64,000 bases of DNA from Raillietiella orientalis. Taxonomy: Eukaryota. Below, in pieces: positions 1 to 11,506 of the stretch. The first letter of the stretch is position 1, and each line of letters begins with the position of its first letter. Made by a program: the position numbers and the translations under genes. The stretch spans positions 124,001 through 188,000 of the forward strand of contig JAYWIR010000010.1 in assembly GCA_036172245.1 (NCBI GenBank), in the 5' to 3' direction. The notes below the pieces were generated by a model, which saw only the letters and a program-made list of their open reading frames with translations, was not told the DNA's origin and did no database searches.

Positions 1-1115
1 GTACCAGGTTGCTGGAAAGCCTGAAGAGCGACTTGCAGGCGGACACGAATGTGCGAAAGGCTCACCTGATGGCGGGCAGGTACGCTGGTCAGCCACTGCA
101 AGAGATCGTTTCCAACCCACGGAAACTTCTGTTCGCTTTTTTCAGTCCCCTTGCCCCGTGCTGCCCTTCCTTACAGAAGCTAGGGACAGCCAAGAGGAGG
201 CTTGTTACGAAGTGTCCTGCCTCATCGTAGGCAGGAAAAAACCAATGAAGGCGTGGACGTCCCGGGAACTAGCGGACGCTACAACCCCAAGTGTCCCGCC
301 AAGTTGTGCGCTGGGGCGAGCTGCTCGGCATGCCTCCGGAGGAGGTGAAGTGGCTCCCGGCGTATTGGGACAGTGGCACCCTACCTTTGGATTGGCAGGA
401 GACGGCGCTGCTTGTGCTCCCTTGGAGTCTTTTGAGCAGAGCGCGCTTGACTCACTGGACATTGGGGAGACTGGATGCCCATTGTACAGTGTGAGAAAAG
501 GGAGACCTTCCCCCACTTACTCATCGAATGTGTTGCCCTCCGCCGAACGTGGGATCGACTCTCGTCGGCCATAAACGTAGCGGTGGGCGACCCTAAAAAC
601 ATTTTTCGTTGCCTCTTGATGCGGAACTCCCTGCCAGGTGCCGCGTGTGTTGCAGTTCTCTGCTGCATACGAGGACTTCTGGACAAGTGGAACGCGTCGA
701 TAAGAGGCCACAGCAGTCGGAATGCCATTCACTGGGCAGTGATCTCCTTGGAGAAGGTTTGCCATTGGCGTCGACTCAAGAAACATTTGCCAGTACTTGT
801 TCGCATCCGGAACCGGATGCAGAGGCCTCCTCACGGCGTACCGTGATCCCCTCCCTTCCCCCCCCCCCCGCCCAAAGAACATTGCTCCCCCCAGCCGTTT
901 TTCTTTGTTTTATTTTTGTTTTTTCCCGCCCCTGCGCCAGTGTGGAGGACCTTATCGGCCTGAGAGTAAGGACAAGTGCCCCAATACAGGCAAAAACTTC
1001 TTAAGTGACGTAAAAAAGAAAAACATTCTTAACAAAAAAAAGACTTCATTATCGAATTTTTTCTCAATGTAAAAAATTATAATAATAAAAGCTCCGGCTC
1101 ACCCGGGTGAAAAAC
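1..1115 (+). mobile_element. 3' end of degenerate L1/Tx1-clade non-LTR retrotransposon (ORF2 C-terminus with CCHC zinc finger, 3' UTR)
   Basis: Frameshifted ORF pieces read ...LPLDWQETALLVLPWSLLSRARL..AHCTV/CEKRETFPHLLIECVALRRTWDRL, the C-x2-C...ETxxHxxxxC zinc finger of L1 ORF2. Stop at 844-846, then a C-rich/T-rich 3' UTR, AATAAA at ~1084 and a GGGTGAAAAA end. Homologous to the reverse copy at 11507-12240. Confidence 0.85.
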
Positions 1116-2307
1116 CTGATAGCGGGAGATTTGAATCTCCGCCTGCTAACAGGTGAGCCCGAAACACAAGAGAACGTGAAAGTAGGTATGGAGGCCAACC
1201 TTTTCTTCGCGAGCACACGGTGTCAGGTGCAGAGTTGTGAACATAAATGAGAGCGTGTGGAAGGCTACCCCACTTTGGGGGCGCCGGCCGGGCAGGAAAG
1301 GGAAACTAGGGCGGGGAATGGGGCCCTAGCGATCGCGGTCGAACTCCACAAGGCGTTCGACTGCGTGGACCAGGAACTTCTCTTGGAGATCCTGGGTCGC
1401 ATGGGCTTCCCTCCCTCCCTACTAGCCTACCTGCGCTCCTGCTGGCGCAGCGCCATAATCAACGCCTCTTTCAGCACTCCACAGGTGTAGGCCGTGCCGG
1501 TGCGGCGGAGCATGCGGTAGGGCGATAGCCTGAGTCCCCTGCTCTTTAGCACCTACTTTGAGTTCGTGCTCAGAGCGTACAGGGTGACTTTGGCTGCCTT
1601 GCCTAGCTCGTGCCCCGGCACGCCCGCTGTAGCTGCATACGCAGACGATCTTCTGCTGATGTTGCCCATGTCCGCCCCGGCAGCCGCAGTCGAGGATTTC
1701 TTCGATCTGCTAAGCCGTGGGACTGGACTGCAGGTAAGCAAGGCGAAGTCGTCGGTGGTAGCGGTGGGTGCGATGTGGGTTGGACGGCCTGACTGGATCC
1801 GCTTGGGGATCCCCACGGCCAGGTACCTGAAGTACCTGGGTGTCCCGTTGGGGGACTTCTGCCTCGCAGAAGCCTGGTCAGGTCGTCTCCAAAAAGTGGA
1901 GTTGGCATTCGGGCCGTTCCTGGAAGGCAAGTTCCTTCTGCCGGAACGGGCCGCGGTGTGGAACGCGTTCGCGGCTCCCATCCTACGCCCCCTGCTTTTT
2001 GTTTGCCCCGTACCCCGTGAAATGAAAAAGAACGACGGACCTACTCAACATCGCTCTGTTGGGCAGTGGGAGGCCCCGTATGCCTCTGCAAGACTTATGC
2101 GCTGTACGTCGGGATGGCGGTTTCGGCCTCCTGACGCTTAAGCGGATGGAAAATCAGCTGCGTTGGCTAACCTTGGCCATCGGGGCGAAGTACTGGAGCA
2201 CACATTGGTGCGTTCCGACCCGTCTCCTCGTCAGTCGGGTATCCAGAGCGGGAGAGCTTTCCTCTTCTGTGCCCCGGTCAGAAAATAAGATGCGGCCTTC
2301 TCGGACG
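1116..2307 (+). mobile_element. L1/Tx1-like ORF2 fragment (endonuclease remnant fused to reverse transcriptase), 5' part of the virus-interrupted copy
   Basis: In-frame LIAGDLN (APE endonuclease GDFN motif, from 1116) is followed by RT motifs ELHKAFDCVD, R*GDSLSPLLF, AYADD, GLQVSKAKS, KYLGVPLG and LCAVRRDGGFGL. Stops, frameshifts and an internal deletion are present. Confidence 0.9.
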
Positions 2308-2781
2308 ATTCAAGTACACCCGAGGAAACGCCAGGAAGACCACTATGGATAAATACTTATTCCTAAAGCAAGATGTATGCAATCTTGTAAAAAGACTGGA
2401 GCAGCCCACCTCCACAACGGTGAAAAAGTTGTAGTAGTAGAAATCACCAGAAATAATCAAGAACGCGTCCAGTACGAGTTCATCGAGTCTCTGATAAATG
2501 AAATTATATTTGATCCCAAATACCAGGGATCCATAAAATACTTCCAAACTCCACACACAGTCGTGTTCGCCAACCTGGAGCCCGAGTACACCAAACTCAG
2601 TCAAGACAGATGGGTGGTCATCGATCTGGAGATCTACTCCCACAGAAAACCAATATCCTGGACCATGGATGAACGGGGCTCTATTGTTCCTTGGCCTGTA
2701 CCTTCAAGTCCAATCACAGCTTCAGGCAAAGAACCTAAAGAGCCCACTGATGAAACTGACGATTGTAATTTATGTCAATAA
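2308..2781 (+). pseudogene. rep: Endogenous CRESS-DNA virus Rep, SF3 helicase half (nanovirus/alphasatellite-like)
   Basis: Degenerate Walker A RGNARKTT at ~2321-2345 (canonical GxxGKT), then a frameshift into ORF 2377-2781. That ORF has Walker B-like VVVVEITR, YEFIESLINEIIFDPKY, motif C PHTVVFAN and arginine finger LSQDRW, in the order and spacing typical of CRESS Rep C-termini. AATAAA overlaps the stop (2777-2782). Confidence 0.85.
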
Positions 2782-2791
2782 AAATATTTTC

Positions 2792-3316
2792 TTAATGTAA
2801 TCGAACATCTCGATTTCCTTTAAATCTGAAGTAAAACCTTTCAGTCATCCTATAAACAGGATACGTAGCCTTCATCACTTCCTCATCAGGGAACACTCCA
2901 CTCGGCCCGCCTGCCTTAAAATCGTGAGCAATGTCCTGTCCAGACATGTGCTTCAACACATGTATATGACAACTGAAAACTAGCATTGCACTCTGCAAGT
3001 CCAACGCATTTCCCTGACCTACTTCCACCCAAGAACTTCTTCGTGAAACCCATCTCTTCACATTATTCGCCACATCTTGCACTATCCAACTCTTCGTCCT
3101 CACGTAAAATCCGAGAACCTTTACACCGAAGTACCGTACGAAACGTCCAGAAGTCTCTCGAAAACCGACCATCTGCTTCTGTGTATGTTCATACTTTAAA
3201 CCTTCGAACTGATGGAAACCCTCCGGTGACGCTACTTAATTACATGTCAAACAATTTCGGTAAGATATCTTCAAACGCCCAACTCCAGCGCATAGCTGGA
3301 AGAAATAGTTGGCACG
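2792..3316 (-). pseudogene. Putative capsid gene fragment of the same endogenous CRESS virus
   Basis: Minus-strand frame converging on Rep with only 10 bp between the stops. It is open from 2792 to ~3235 and continues past one TAA (..NYFFQLCAGVGRLKISYRNCLTCN*VASPEGF..MVGFRETSGRFVRYF..FYFRFKGNRDVRLH*). Aromatic/basic C-terminus and ambisense layout fit CRESS capsids; identity is inferred from position and composition only. Confidence 0.55.
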
Positions 3317-3735
3317 TGGGCGAAGTTGAATCAGTCAATTGGTGAATCCTGGAACTGCCTGCGACCAGACATCTACATCCTCTGCACGCTGCAGAACATG
3401 CTCGAGTGTCCCGCCAGAAGCATGTGGGCGGAGACGACCTCACTGACCACGGCGCTGCCCTTCCTGAGGAGGGCGCTCGGCAACAGCCGAACACCGAGGT
3501 GGCAAGTCCCCTGGTGGATAGCGGGCAGGGAGCAGATGATGAGCGGATGGACCATGAGGGAACTGGCTGACGCTGCGACCCCACGAGGACTACAAGATGG
3601 GGGGAGTTGCTGGGCATCCACAGGAAGACCTAAAGTGGCTCCCGGTATTTACAGACACGTCTACCCTTTCCCTCGATTGGCAGGAGTCAGCGCTGCTGCT
3701 GTTGCACTGGGGTCTTCCCTACAACGCGCGCCGCC
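3317..3735 (+). mobile_element. L1/Tx1-like ORF2 continuation (3' part of the virus-interrupted copy)
   Basis: WAKLNQSIGESWNCL...GWTMRELADAATP..KWLPVF...LSLDWQESALLLLHWGL is homologous to 1-450 (WTSRELADATTP..KWLPAY..LPLDWQETALLVLPWSL). It joins 2059-2307 in frame once 2308-3316 is removed. Confidence 0.85.
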
Positions 3736-3905
3736 ATGACTTTCCACAGCGCTCAGTACTCTCTATGTTCCACAGGAGGAGCTTCTCGCCCTCACCATTC
3801 GCGGCGGGGTTAGTTCGTTGAACTGATCTGCAGAGACAGGTCTGGCTCAACGATTGTTGAAAACCCTTGTTGTGTTGGAAGGTAGGAGGCTCTCCCAATA
3901 ACAAG
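3736..3905 (-). mobile_element. Possible inverted fragment of a non-LTR ORF2 start (endonuclease N-terminus)
   Basis: KLLLWNIES resembles the xxxWNV motif that opens APE domains; short, motif-only support. Confidence 0.3.
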
Positions 3906-3914
3906 GGACCGTTC

Positions 3915-4205
3915 GGTAGTGATCCACCTTATCGGGGTGACATTCCGGATGCGGAACGATGACGTCCGAAGCAGACCCCAAGAAATCGCGACGGTTCACA
4001 CGCTGTTAACCAAGCCCTTTCCCTTCGTGGAGCACGACGGGCTTCCTACAAGCTACATGGCAGAGCCAGTAGCTGTTCGCGAGGGCTGTGGGTTGCCATG
4101 GAAGCTACAAGTAGCCGGGGAACCGGTGGACTTGTGATACGTGGAACAATCTAAGTACTGTGGCCACTGCAATTCGTCGAGTCGTTCATAGTGCCTGTCA
4201 GTGCG
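3915..4205 (+). mobile_element. L1/Tx1 ORF1 fragment with degenerate CCHC knuckle
   Basis: ..GLPWKLQVAGEPVDL*YVEQSKYCGHCNSSSRS*C matches the LPxxLxVxG..YxGQPxxCxxCxxxGHxxxxC pattern of Tx1-type ORF1. Confidence 0.55.
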
Positions 4206-4299
4206 ACGTGAGCCCGAAGGGCGGACTGGACCAGCCTGAAGATCCTCAAGGACGGGTACTTCATGTACCCGACCTTGTTCGAGTTCATGTATGCGTTCC

Positions 4300-4900
4300 G
4301 TTCGAGAACTTCTGCTTAGCAGAAGTCTAGTCCGACTGTTTCCAAAAGGTAAAGATGGCGATCGGCCCGTTCCAGAACGGCAAATTTTGCCTGCCCGAAC
4401 GAGCCGCGGTATGGAACTCGTTTGCCGCTTCCATGCTCTTCCCCCTGCGTTTTATTTGCTTCATTTCACCAGACATCCGGAAAAGAACCGAGAACTTCCT
4501 GAGGAAAGATCTTTAGGGCGCAGGAAGATCCAGAGTCAGACTCCAAGACTTGTGTGCTCCGCGTAACGATGGCAGACTGACTCCTCACGCTGGAGGGTAT
4601 GAGGAATCAGCTCCAACTCAGAAGACTCGCCCTCGCGACGAAACTGTAGAAAACGCCCTGGTGCACACCAGCACGGCTCATCGCGAAGAGCGCAACCGGC
4701 TACAAAGAACCCACATCCCTCTTCGTCGCTCGCGAGAGATTGGTGAGGAGTTGCATATACCAACTCCACTAGATAGTTACCATGGTGGAGAACATCTGGA
4801 TCTCCCACCTCCCCTTGAACTGCACTGCCTGCCCGGGCCCTTATAGATCCGGATCACCGGAAACGGGAAGATGCTGCATAGACACCTCCATCCCTCGCGG
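4300..4900 (+). mobile_element. Third L1/Tx1-like ORF2 fragment (post-RT region, uninterrupted)
   Basis: GPFQNGKFCLPERAAVWNSFAA and LQDLCAPRNDG..LLTLEGMRNQL closely parallel 1910-2160 (GPFLEGKFLLPERAAVWNAFAA; LQDLCAVRRDGG..LLTLKRMENQL). Confidence 0.8.
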
Positions 4901-5309
4901 TTTCTGGCTGTCCGATTTCGAAAGGATCTGAGGCTGGGGAAGGGTCGATCATTTGTGGCGGTGAGGAACAGGTTTGCGTCCATACTTCGCAGGGAAACAG
5001 CTCACGTCTGCTCCGGAATGATTACACATTGTCAGTCACTCATTTCACATTTCGGTAAGCAACATCGCGTTTGTGTGCAAGGTGGTGATCGCCTACCAGT
5101 TGTCATTGTCGCTCAGGAAACGTACTCTTCCTCATGGAAACAAGGCTGGTGCCTCGCCTGTTACATGGATCAGATCGTGGGGATGCGCTCAACGCGTTGA
5201 ACTCATTCCTGCGATCTGATCGATGCGTTCATGCAGGTGCGTGGTTTTCGCTCATGGAAAGCGCGTTTTTGTCTTGTGTTTTGTGCTCGTGTGCCACTGA
5301 TTGCTCACC

Positions 5310-5880
5310 ATGGAGCCTACACAAGAGAGAATGCAGGTGGAATCTGCAGCCAGCAAAGAAGTCACTACTTCGGATGGTGTTCCCGACTCCACCGGTTCTG
5401 CTTCGCCACCGGCGAGAAGTTTTGCTGCCGTAGTGAAAGCTGTGGCAGCGAACGAAGCACTCCCCAGCGAAGCGCAGCTGTGGGCATATGTAGCGCAAGG
5501 CTAAAAGGTCAATGCCTTGATAACGGACGGGGAGAGTGACAAGATCTGAGACCAGCTTGACCTCATCGGAATACGGGAGCAGGACTTTCTGACCGTGATA
5601 CCCGTGAGCGCGCTAGGACATTGAGAGGTGGACCCTCGGCCAGCGCCTGCCCGGCACACCACTGAACATTTGTGGGAAGGAGGTCGGTCGTCCCCTCAGC
5701 CATGGACCAGTCCTTCGTGGTCCAACTATCGGCCATCCGGCCTGAGATTGCCAATCGCGAGGCGTTCGCCACAATACACGCATCGTGAAGGCGCTCGAAC
5801 TCGATAAAAAGGGTTGCGCGGCGTGGTGGAGGACGGGAGCGGTTCCGTCCTTACCGTCCACCAGCTGAGACCTTCAAGGC
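5310..5880 (+). mobile_element. L1/Tx1 ORF1 N-terminal fragment
   Basis: ATG at 5310, MEPTQ...PPARSFAAVVK; SFAxVV is common near the start of Tx1/L1 ORF1. Several stops follow. Confidence 0.5.
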
Positions 5881-8800
5881 TCATCAGAAGGGAAGAGTCA
5901 CCAACCTTAGACCAAAAGTCCAATCATTACAAGCGTCTATTGAGTAAAAAGATCCTCTTGTCAACAGTTTATTGCTGATCCATGGACTACCAGGCATGGT
6001 TGAAAGAATTGCCTTATGAAACTTTGTGCTAGGTTTTCCAGTTAAAGTGGCAAGTGGAAGACAACTTTTAGAAGGAATATCTCTAAATGGAAATTGCAAG
6101 ACATCCTTTCTTTCTGAATGATTGCAAGGATTGCATTAACTCCTTCAGTGAGCTAGCTTGGGCGTTGGCATTTTCGCCTAGTTGATGGTTTCCTTAGTTT
6201 TACACGGATTGTGTGCAGATAGAGATACAGATTGTATAAAGCATCCCATAATTTGTCACTCCTTCGCATAATTCTTCAAGAAGGGCATCAAAAACGAAGG
6301 TGCTATCCCAAGCCGCAAACTCGATTGCGTCATCTTCAGTAGAGTCCTGCTAGATCTTTTCAAAGGGCAAGCGTTTGAGGTGTTCTCTAAGATTGCAAAA
6401 ATCGCTCACGTGGCAGAACTGGAGCATCTGTTGCCTTCCACATAAGACTACGTGACAGACATTTCTAATGGATTTTCAAAGAGTTTAATATGCAAACGCC
6501 AGCTCCGCTCCGTTGAGACTGTGAAAGAGAATTTGAAAAGCTGCTGTTTCTTGGAGAGGATTTCCCTGCACTGCTACGTCGAAACAAAATGGTGCTTGAA
6601 AGATGGATGCCAAATAGACGATGTTTTCCCGAAGGGCCTGCTCCGAGCGGCAGGTTTTTCAATTGCCTTTGGATAAAGCGTTACTTTCAAGGAAAATTTG
6701 GATTCACTGAATAACTTCTAGCAACTGTGTCGCCAACCCAAATCCAGCTAATGAATGATGCACTGCAATTCATGTATGTATTGCAACCCTGAATCTTTTA
6801 AGAGGCATGTTGCTGATGAGAATTCGGTTTGCCACAGTCCGAAACACATTTATAAATAAAAATTCAGATTTGCTTTCGCTTCCTAGGAATTTCCTTAGCT
6901 AAGTCAACGTTCAGAGTTAGATATCTCACAACATACGACAAATCAAGGCAGAGTTTTTTGGATGTGCATAATGTACCGAACTTCAAACTTAAATGACTAC
7001 TAAACTCAACCCCATTTGATCAAAATAGTTCCATGAATTTTATTCAATTAGAAAACTCAATATTAGCAAAAGTCTGAATCATTAATGCATTTGCGATTTG
7101 CCTCACTTTCAAAGGTGCTCGGATTGTACGTTTCAGATTCAAATTCAAATTCTAACACTTTACGTCACGTCTCATGAGATTTTAAGTTGAATTAAGGTAT
7201 TAAACTACGAAGTCGGGTGACAGTCCGATTGCACGTGTACGCAACAGCTTCCTCCAATATGGATTCATTCTGCAGCCGTTTCATTTCCAGAGTGTGAAAA
7301 GCATCTTCGGAATTTCCTTAGATTTCACCATTCACTCTGGAACTTTCCTAGACTGACTTCCTATCACTAACACCGAGATGCGCGACCCTATCTTCCAAGC
7401 ACGATCTATTTTTTTTTCGGTGATGCCAACTTTAATAGGAGGTTTTCCAAAATATAACTTATTTTGTAAAACCTCCGAGTCTTGTGCTCTTTTAGAGTTC
7501 ATACCAATTGGAAATGCACGTTGCGATTTCTTGCCCGAAAATTACTTTTCCATTTTACTTCCAAGAATTGGTGGTAGCTAACAAGTCACACAAAATGCAC
7601 ACCATTATTAGATGTATCATTTCATTCCAATCTGGAATCTCTAATACATACGGCAAAAAAAGCACAATTCTCGACAATATCTTCAGAATATGATGGAACA
7701 ATCTGTGAAGAACTCTTGAGTTGGTTTGGCTCTACCATTAACAAAACCTCTATATAGTTATTCAAGAAAGCACACCTCTTCCTTTAGAGAAGATATAAGA
7801 GCATATAAGAAGAGAACATATAAGAGCTGAAGCCAACTGTATTTTTAAATGACAGCAGATTATTATTCCTTTTTTCCACGCTTAATGCATTTACATCATT
7901 ATCATTTTCCCACGTATGGATAAAGCTTTCTTGTATCTTTCCCCAAATCACGAATTTTTCGAATGTCTTACCATTTGTCACTGATCATATTTACTCAATG
8001 GTGAACGTGTCACAATCTTTATATTGCATCTGATGAGGTCCAGAACCAAATTCAAAGCGAATATTTCCCTATAGGAAACAAAATCTCCACTTCCCATAAA
8101 GTATGGTCTATCTACAGCCTACAATTTCTGTAAAGATGTCGCAACCACACCCCACACACATCAGCACAACATGCTTCTTCTGAAAAATCAACGAATTCAT
8201 TTGAAAACGCAAGCATTTCTAAAATAAGTAACAAACCACAAACGAATGAGTTGCAATCAGTTGAAACGAGTCATTAAAGTTTCTTATCACGTAGACAAAA
8301 TTTTCAACGCATCAGGATTCATGAAAGATACCAAAGATTCAAGAAGGTTCTTAAAGACTGCAGTTCCAAAATTAATTGTTGCCAGCACGAGGACATCAGC
8401 ACAAACACGAGGTTTTCAAATTAGGCAAGTCAAATTAGAAATCGAGATCATAAGAAAACAAACAACATATAGAGAACGCCGAACTGCTCAATTTGCATGG
8501 TCACCGTCATGCAATACGATCTGTCTGTAAGAAAATGCAACGGGCTGCTCTTGCAATACAGTTGCTTTAGTGACCCCGTGTGGCAAGGAAAACGTTATTC
8601 GAACTTCGTAATTCTCATTTCTTACTTCACTGGGGTTGCTCTCTAGACTAGAGCACGACGATAAGCAGTGTCTGTTCTTGTCAGATACAATGTGCCCATT
8701 TTTGTTTCTGAGCTTCGTGCTGTGACTGCATTACAACACAAAAGCTCAGCAACAAAAATGTTTTATCAACAATAACTGCAAACATGAACAGCTTTTCTAA

Positions 8801-8949
8801 TGTATCAGTTAGCTTGCGCCATCATCCAGAATGAAACACGAAGATGACTTGTATACTCCCAATTTGCTCCGCCATTTAAGTTACTTGATGTCTTGATGAA
8901 GTGCCATAAAAGATGTGTTTAAAAAAGGCCTAAAGGTATCGACGTAAAG

Positions 8950-9015
8950 ATGATAAGCAGAGAAATGTGTAGGAAACATAAATTTTAACAAATTATGTAG
9001 GAGCAGTTAATACTC
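8950..9015 (+). repeat. ~65-bp dispersed repeat, copy 1
   Basis: gataagcagagaaatgtgtaggaaacataaattttaacaaattatgtaggagcagttaatactc is nearly identical to 13037-13100. Confidence 0.8.
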
Positions 9016-9599
9016 TAAGAAATTTTATCCCGATGAAAATTTGTCACAAACGACCGAAGTGCCAAACTGCAGAAACAATAACTGCACACCCGAAAGGCGA
9101 CAAAAACAAGGCAAAGGGAGTCTTCTAGAGTTCCTTGAGGGGTTTCTTTGACCTCATGAGTAGATGTTGAACATTGCGAAAAGTCGGGCACCTAGAAAAT
9201 CGCCAACAGTAAGAGTTGCGAACTATGAGGATGAAAAGGGAACAATCGCATCTGTGCTCGATGAGGAATCAGTCAGAGTTCGTTCGACAGCTCCTCGAGA
9301 GAACAGCAATAAGCAACCTTAGAAACAATTCCAACTTAATCTGAATAACAGTTCTACAAGAAAATGTTACCCTACCGATTCCTGGTTACACAATGTGATA
9401 CAATGCAGAACCTATGCATTGACATGATAGCGTTAGGATATCCAGGCTTGAAGTACTCCCACTGATCAAGGAAGCAACCGTGTTATGCCAGAAAGTGCAA
9501 TACGGAAGCAAATCAAGCATGGAGGTTCAGCTAAGGTGCCATGATACGTATATATACACCTAAACTATGCACAATTCTTTTCCAGTCTTACTGCAAGCA

Positions 9600-10560
9600 T
9601 GTCTTACGTTGCATATGATAACTGATGTTCAACCCTAAACAATTGGACACAAGATGATCTGCACACAGACAGGTATTACCCCAGTGTAGTCTTAGCAGGT
9701 GAACAACTAAAAATGAATTAGTACTTGAAATCCAATCTGGTGACCATTGCAGTGCATGTAAACCACACAAAAAAAAAGGTTTCACTCTTTTCAGCTGTTT
9801 CAACTATCCACAAATTATAGTGTTATCTTAGAATCAATCATTTACAGATTTGTCCTTTTTCTTATTTGTCATAAGAAACTCAATAACACTGGTGGGCAGT
9901 CATCCATTTGAAATCTTATGGATTTCTCTAAACAACTTGAAAGCTTTAAGAGAAGTGACCACTCAGAACAATGAATAAGTAATTTGTCTAAGAACATCTC
10001 ATTCATAGAAGTCACACTAAACCTACTGAAGAAAAATGGGAAAGAAATGACCTTTTTTCATTATTCAGTACACATAAAGCACGAAACTTTAGACACAAAA
10101 AAATATTGCATCTACATGAGGAAATTTTATGTAGATACACAAAACAAATTGTTTTACCTTTGTCTCAACTGAAATATCATATATCTGTAAAAAATTATAA
10201 AAACTTAACGTTTGCACACTGAATGTGAGCAAATTCCCTTAAACACCCTAAATGTTGTACTTGTTGCCATGATACACAGAGAAAGTCAAAATATAAACGA
10301 TATTACTTCAGACTAATAATGTCCTACTCCAAGATTTACAACATGTAGGTTAACACATTATTTCATTAATCCTTTCAATATCACTGTTTTGCTTGACAAA
10401 TTCAGTTGATAATTCATCCTGGTACTTTTCAGCAATATTTATCTTCCAAAATCTTTTGTTCACCTGAAGGTGATTACTTGTGCTTTTTAATACTGCACAT
10501 TATTGTAATCATGTTTGATGTAACTTTATGTACCAAGGCAGGGATAGATCTTGGAAACAA
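9600..10560 (-). mobile_element. Highly decayed hAT (ZMYM1-like) transposase relic
   Basis: Minus-strand fragments in hAT order: LYPCL, SIKKH/STSNHL..KINIAEKYQDEL..QNSDIER, then *DNTIICG..KP and VVYMHCNGHQ (the YxHCxxH motif). Many stops; CpG-poor. Confidence 0.4.
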
Positions 10561-11506
10561 AAAATAAACTTAGCAGTTTTTATTCTTTTTCAGATTCAGT
10601 ATATTGAATAACCAATTTGACTTGAAGAACTTCATGAAGTTTATCCAATTTATAAATATGAGGTTATCAAAATCAATTGTATGTAAACTCGAACATACAA
10701 CCAAATGACAGTGTACATGACAAAAAAATATCAGAATTAACTGGATTGTTACTGCATGAATTATTGTGCACATTCAATATTCGAGTGTCACTTATTATTT
10801 TGAATTATGCTTAAAATTAGGAACAATAACATGAGGTACTCACATGCATGCACTGAAAGTACTGATGTAATCATAACTTGATTGAATTGGACGTAGATCC
10901 TCTAGCCTCAAGATCCACCTGTGCAAAAACCTACGATAAAAATAAGTACAAAAAGAACAGTGAAAACATGAGTAAATCAAATATGTACTGTTACCCAACT
11001 CACGAAGCATTTCAAAAAAAAATTTATGTCCGTGCATGTTTTTTAATCATTTCTTTCATGCTAAAAAACTTTTTGAAAAGTAAAAACCTTGTCATTAAGA
11101 TATTCAGCTTTCGGATGACGTACACGCTACTTCCATTTTATTCTTCCTCGACAACAACCTGAAGAGTCCGAGGATGTAACCAAAAAAGGAAAAATGCACT
11201 CACCCCAAAAATCAAGATGTTTCAGGTGCCGCGAGTAGGCCGTGGGTGGCCATCCGGTGCCCGACGATGACGCGCACTGACGTACCACTATCGCAAGCAA
11301 GAAACAAAAAAAAACGTCTTGCTCGTTGGAAAAAAGCTTCTGGCAAATTGGATTCACACTTCATCTTATCAAAGGGACTTCTGCCTGCTTTCTTGTATTT
11401 TTTTCCATAGCACAATCAGAATGGCACGGCAAAGGAAATTTGATCCTCCACAGAGCGCCGGTATGTATCACATGTTCTATGTATTAAAACACTAATCACT
11501 GTGTGT

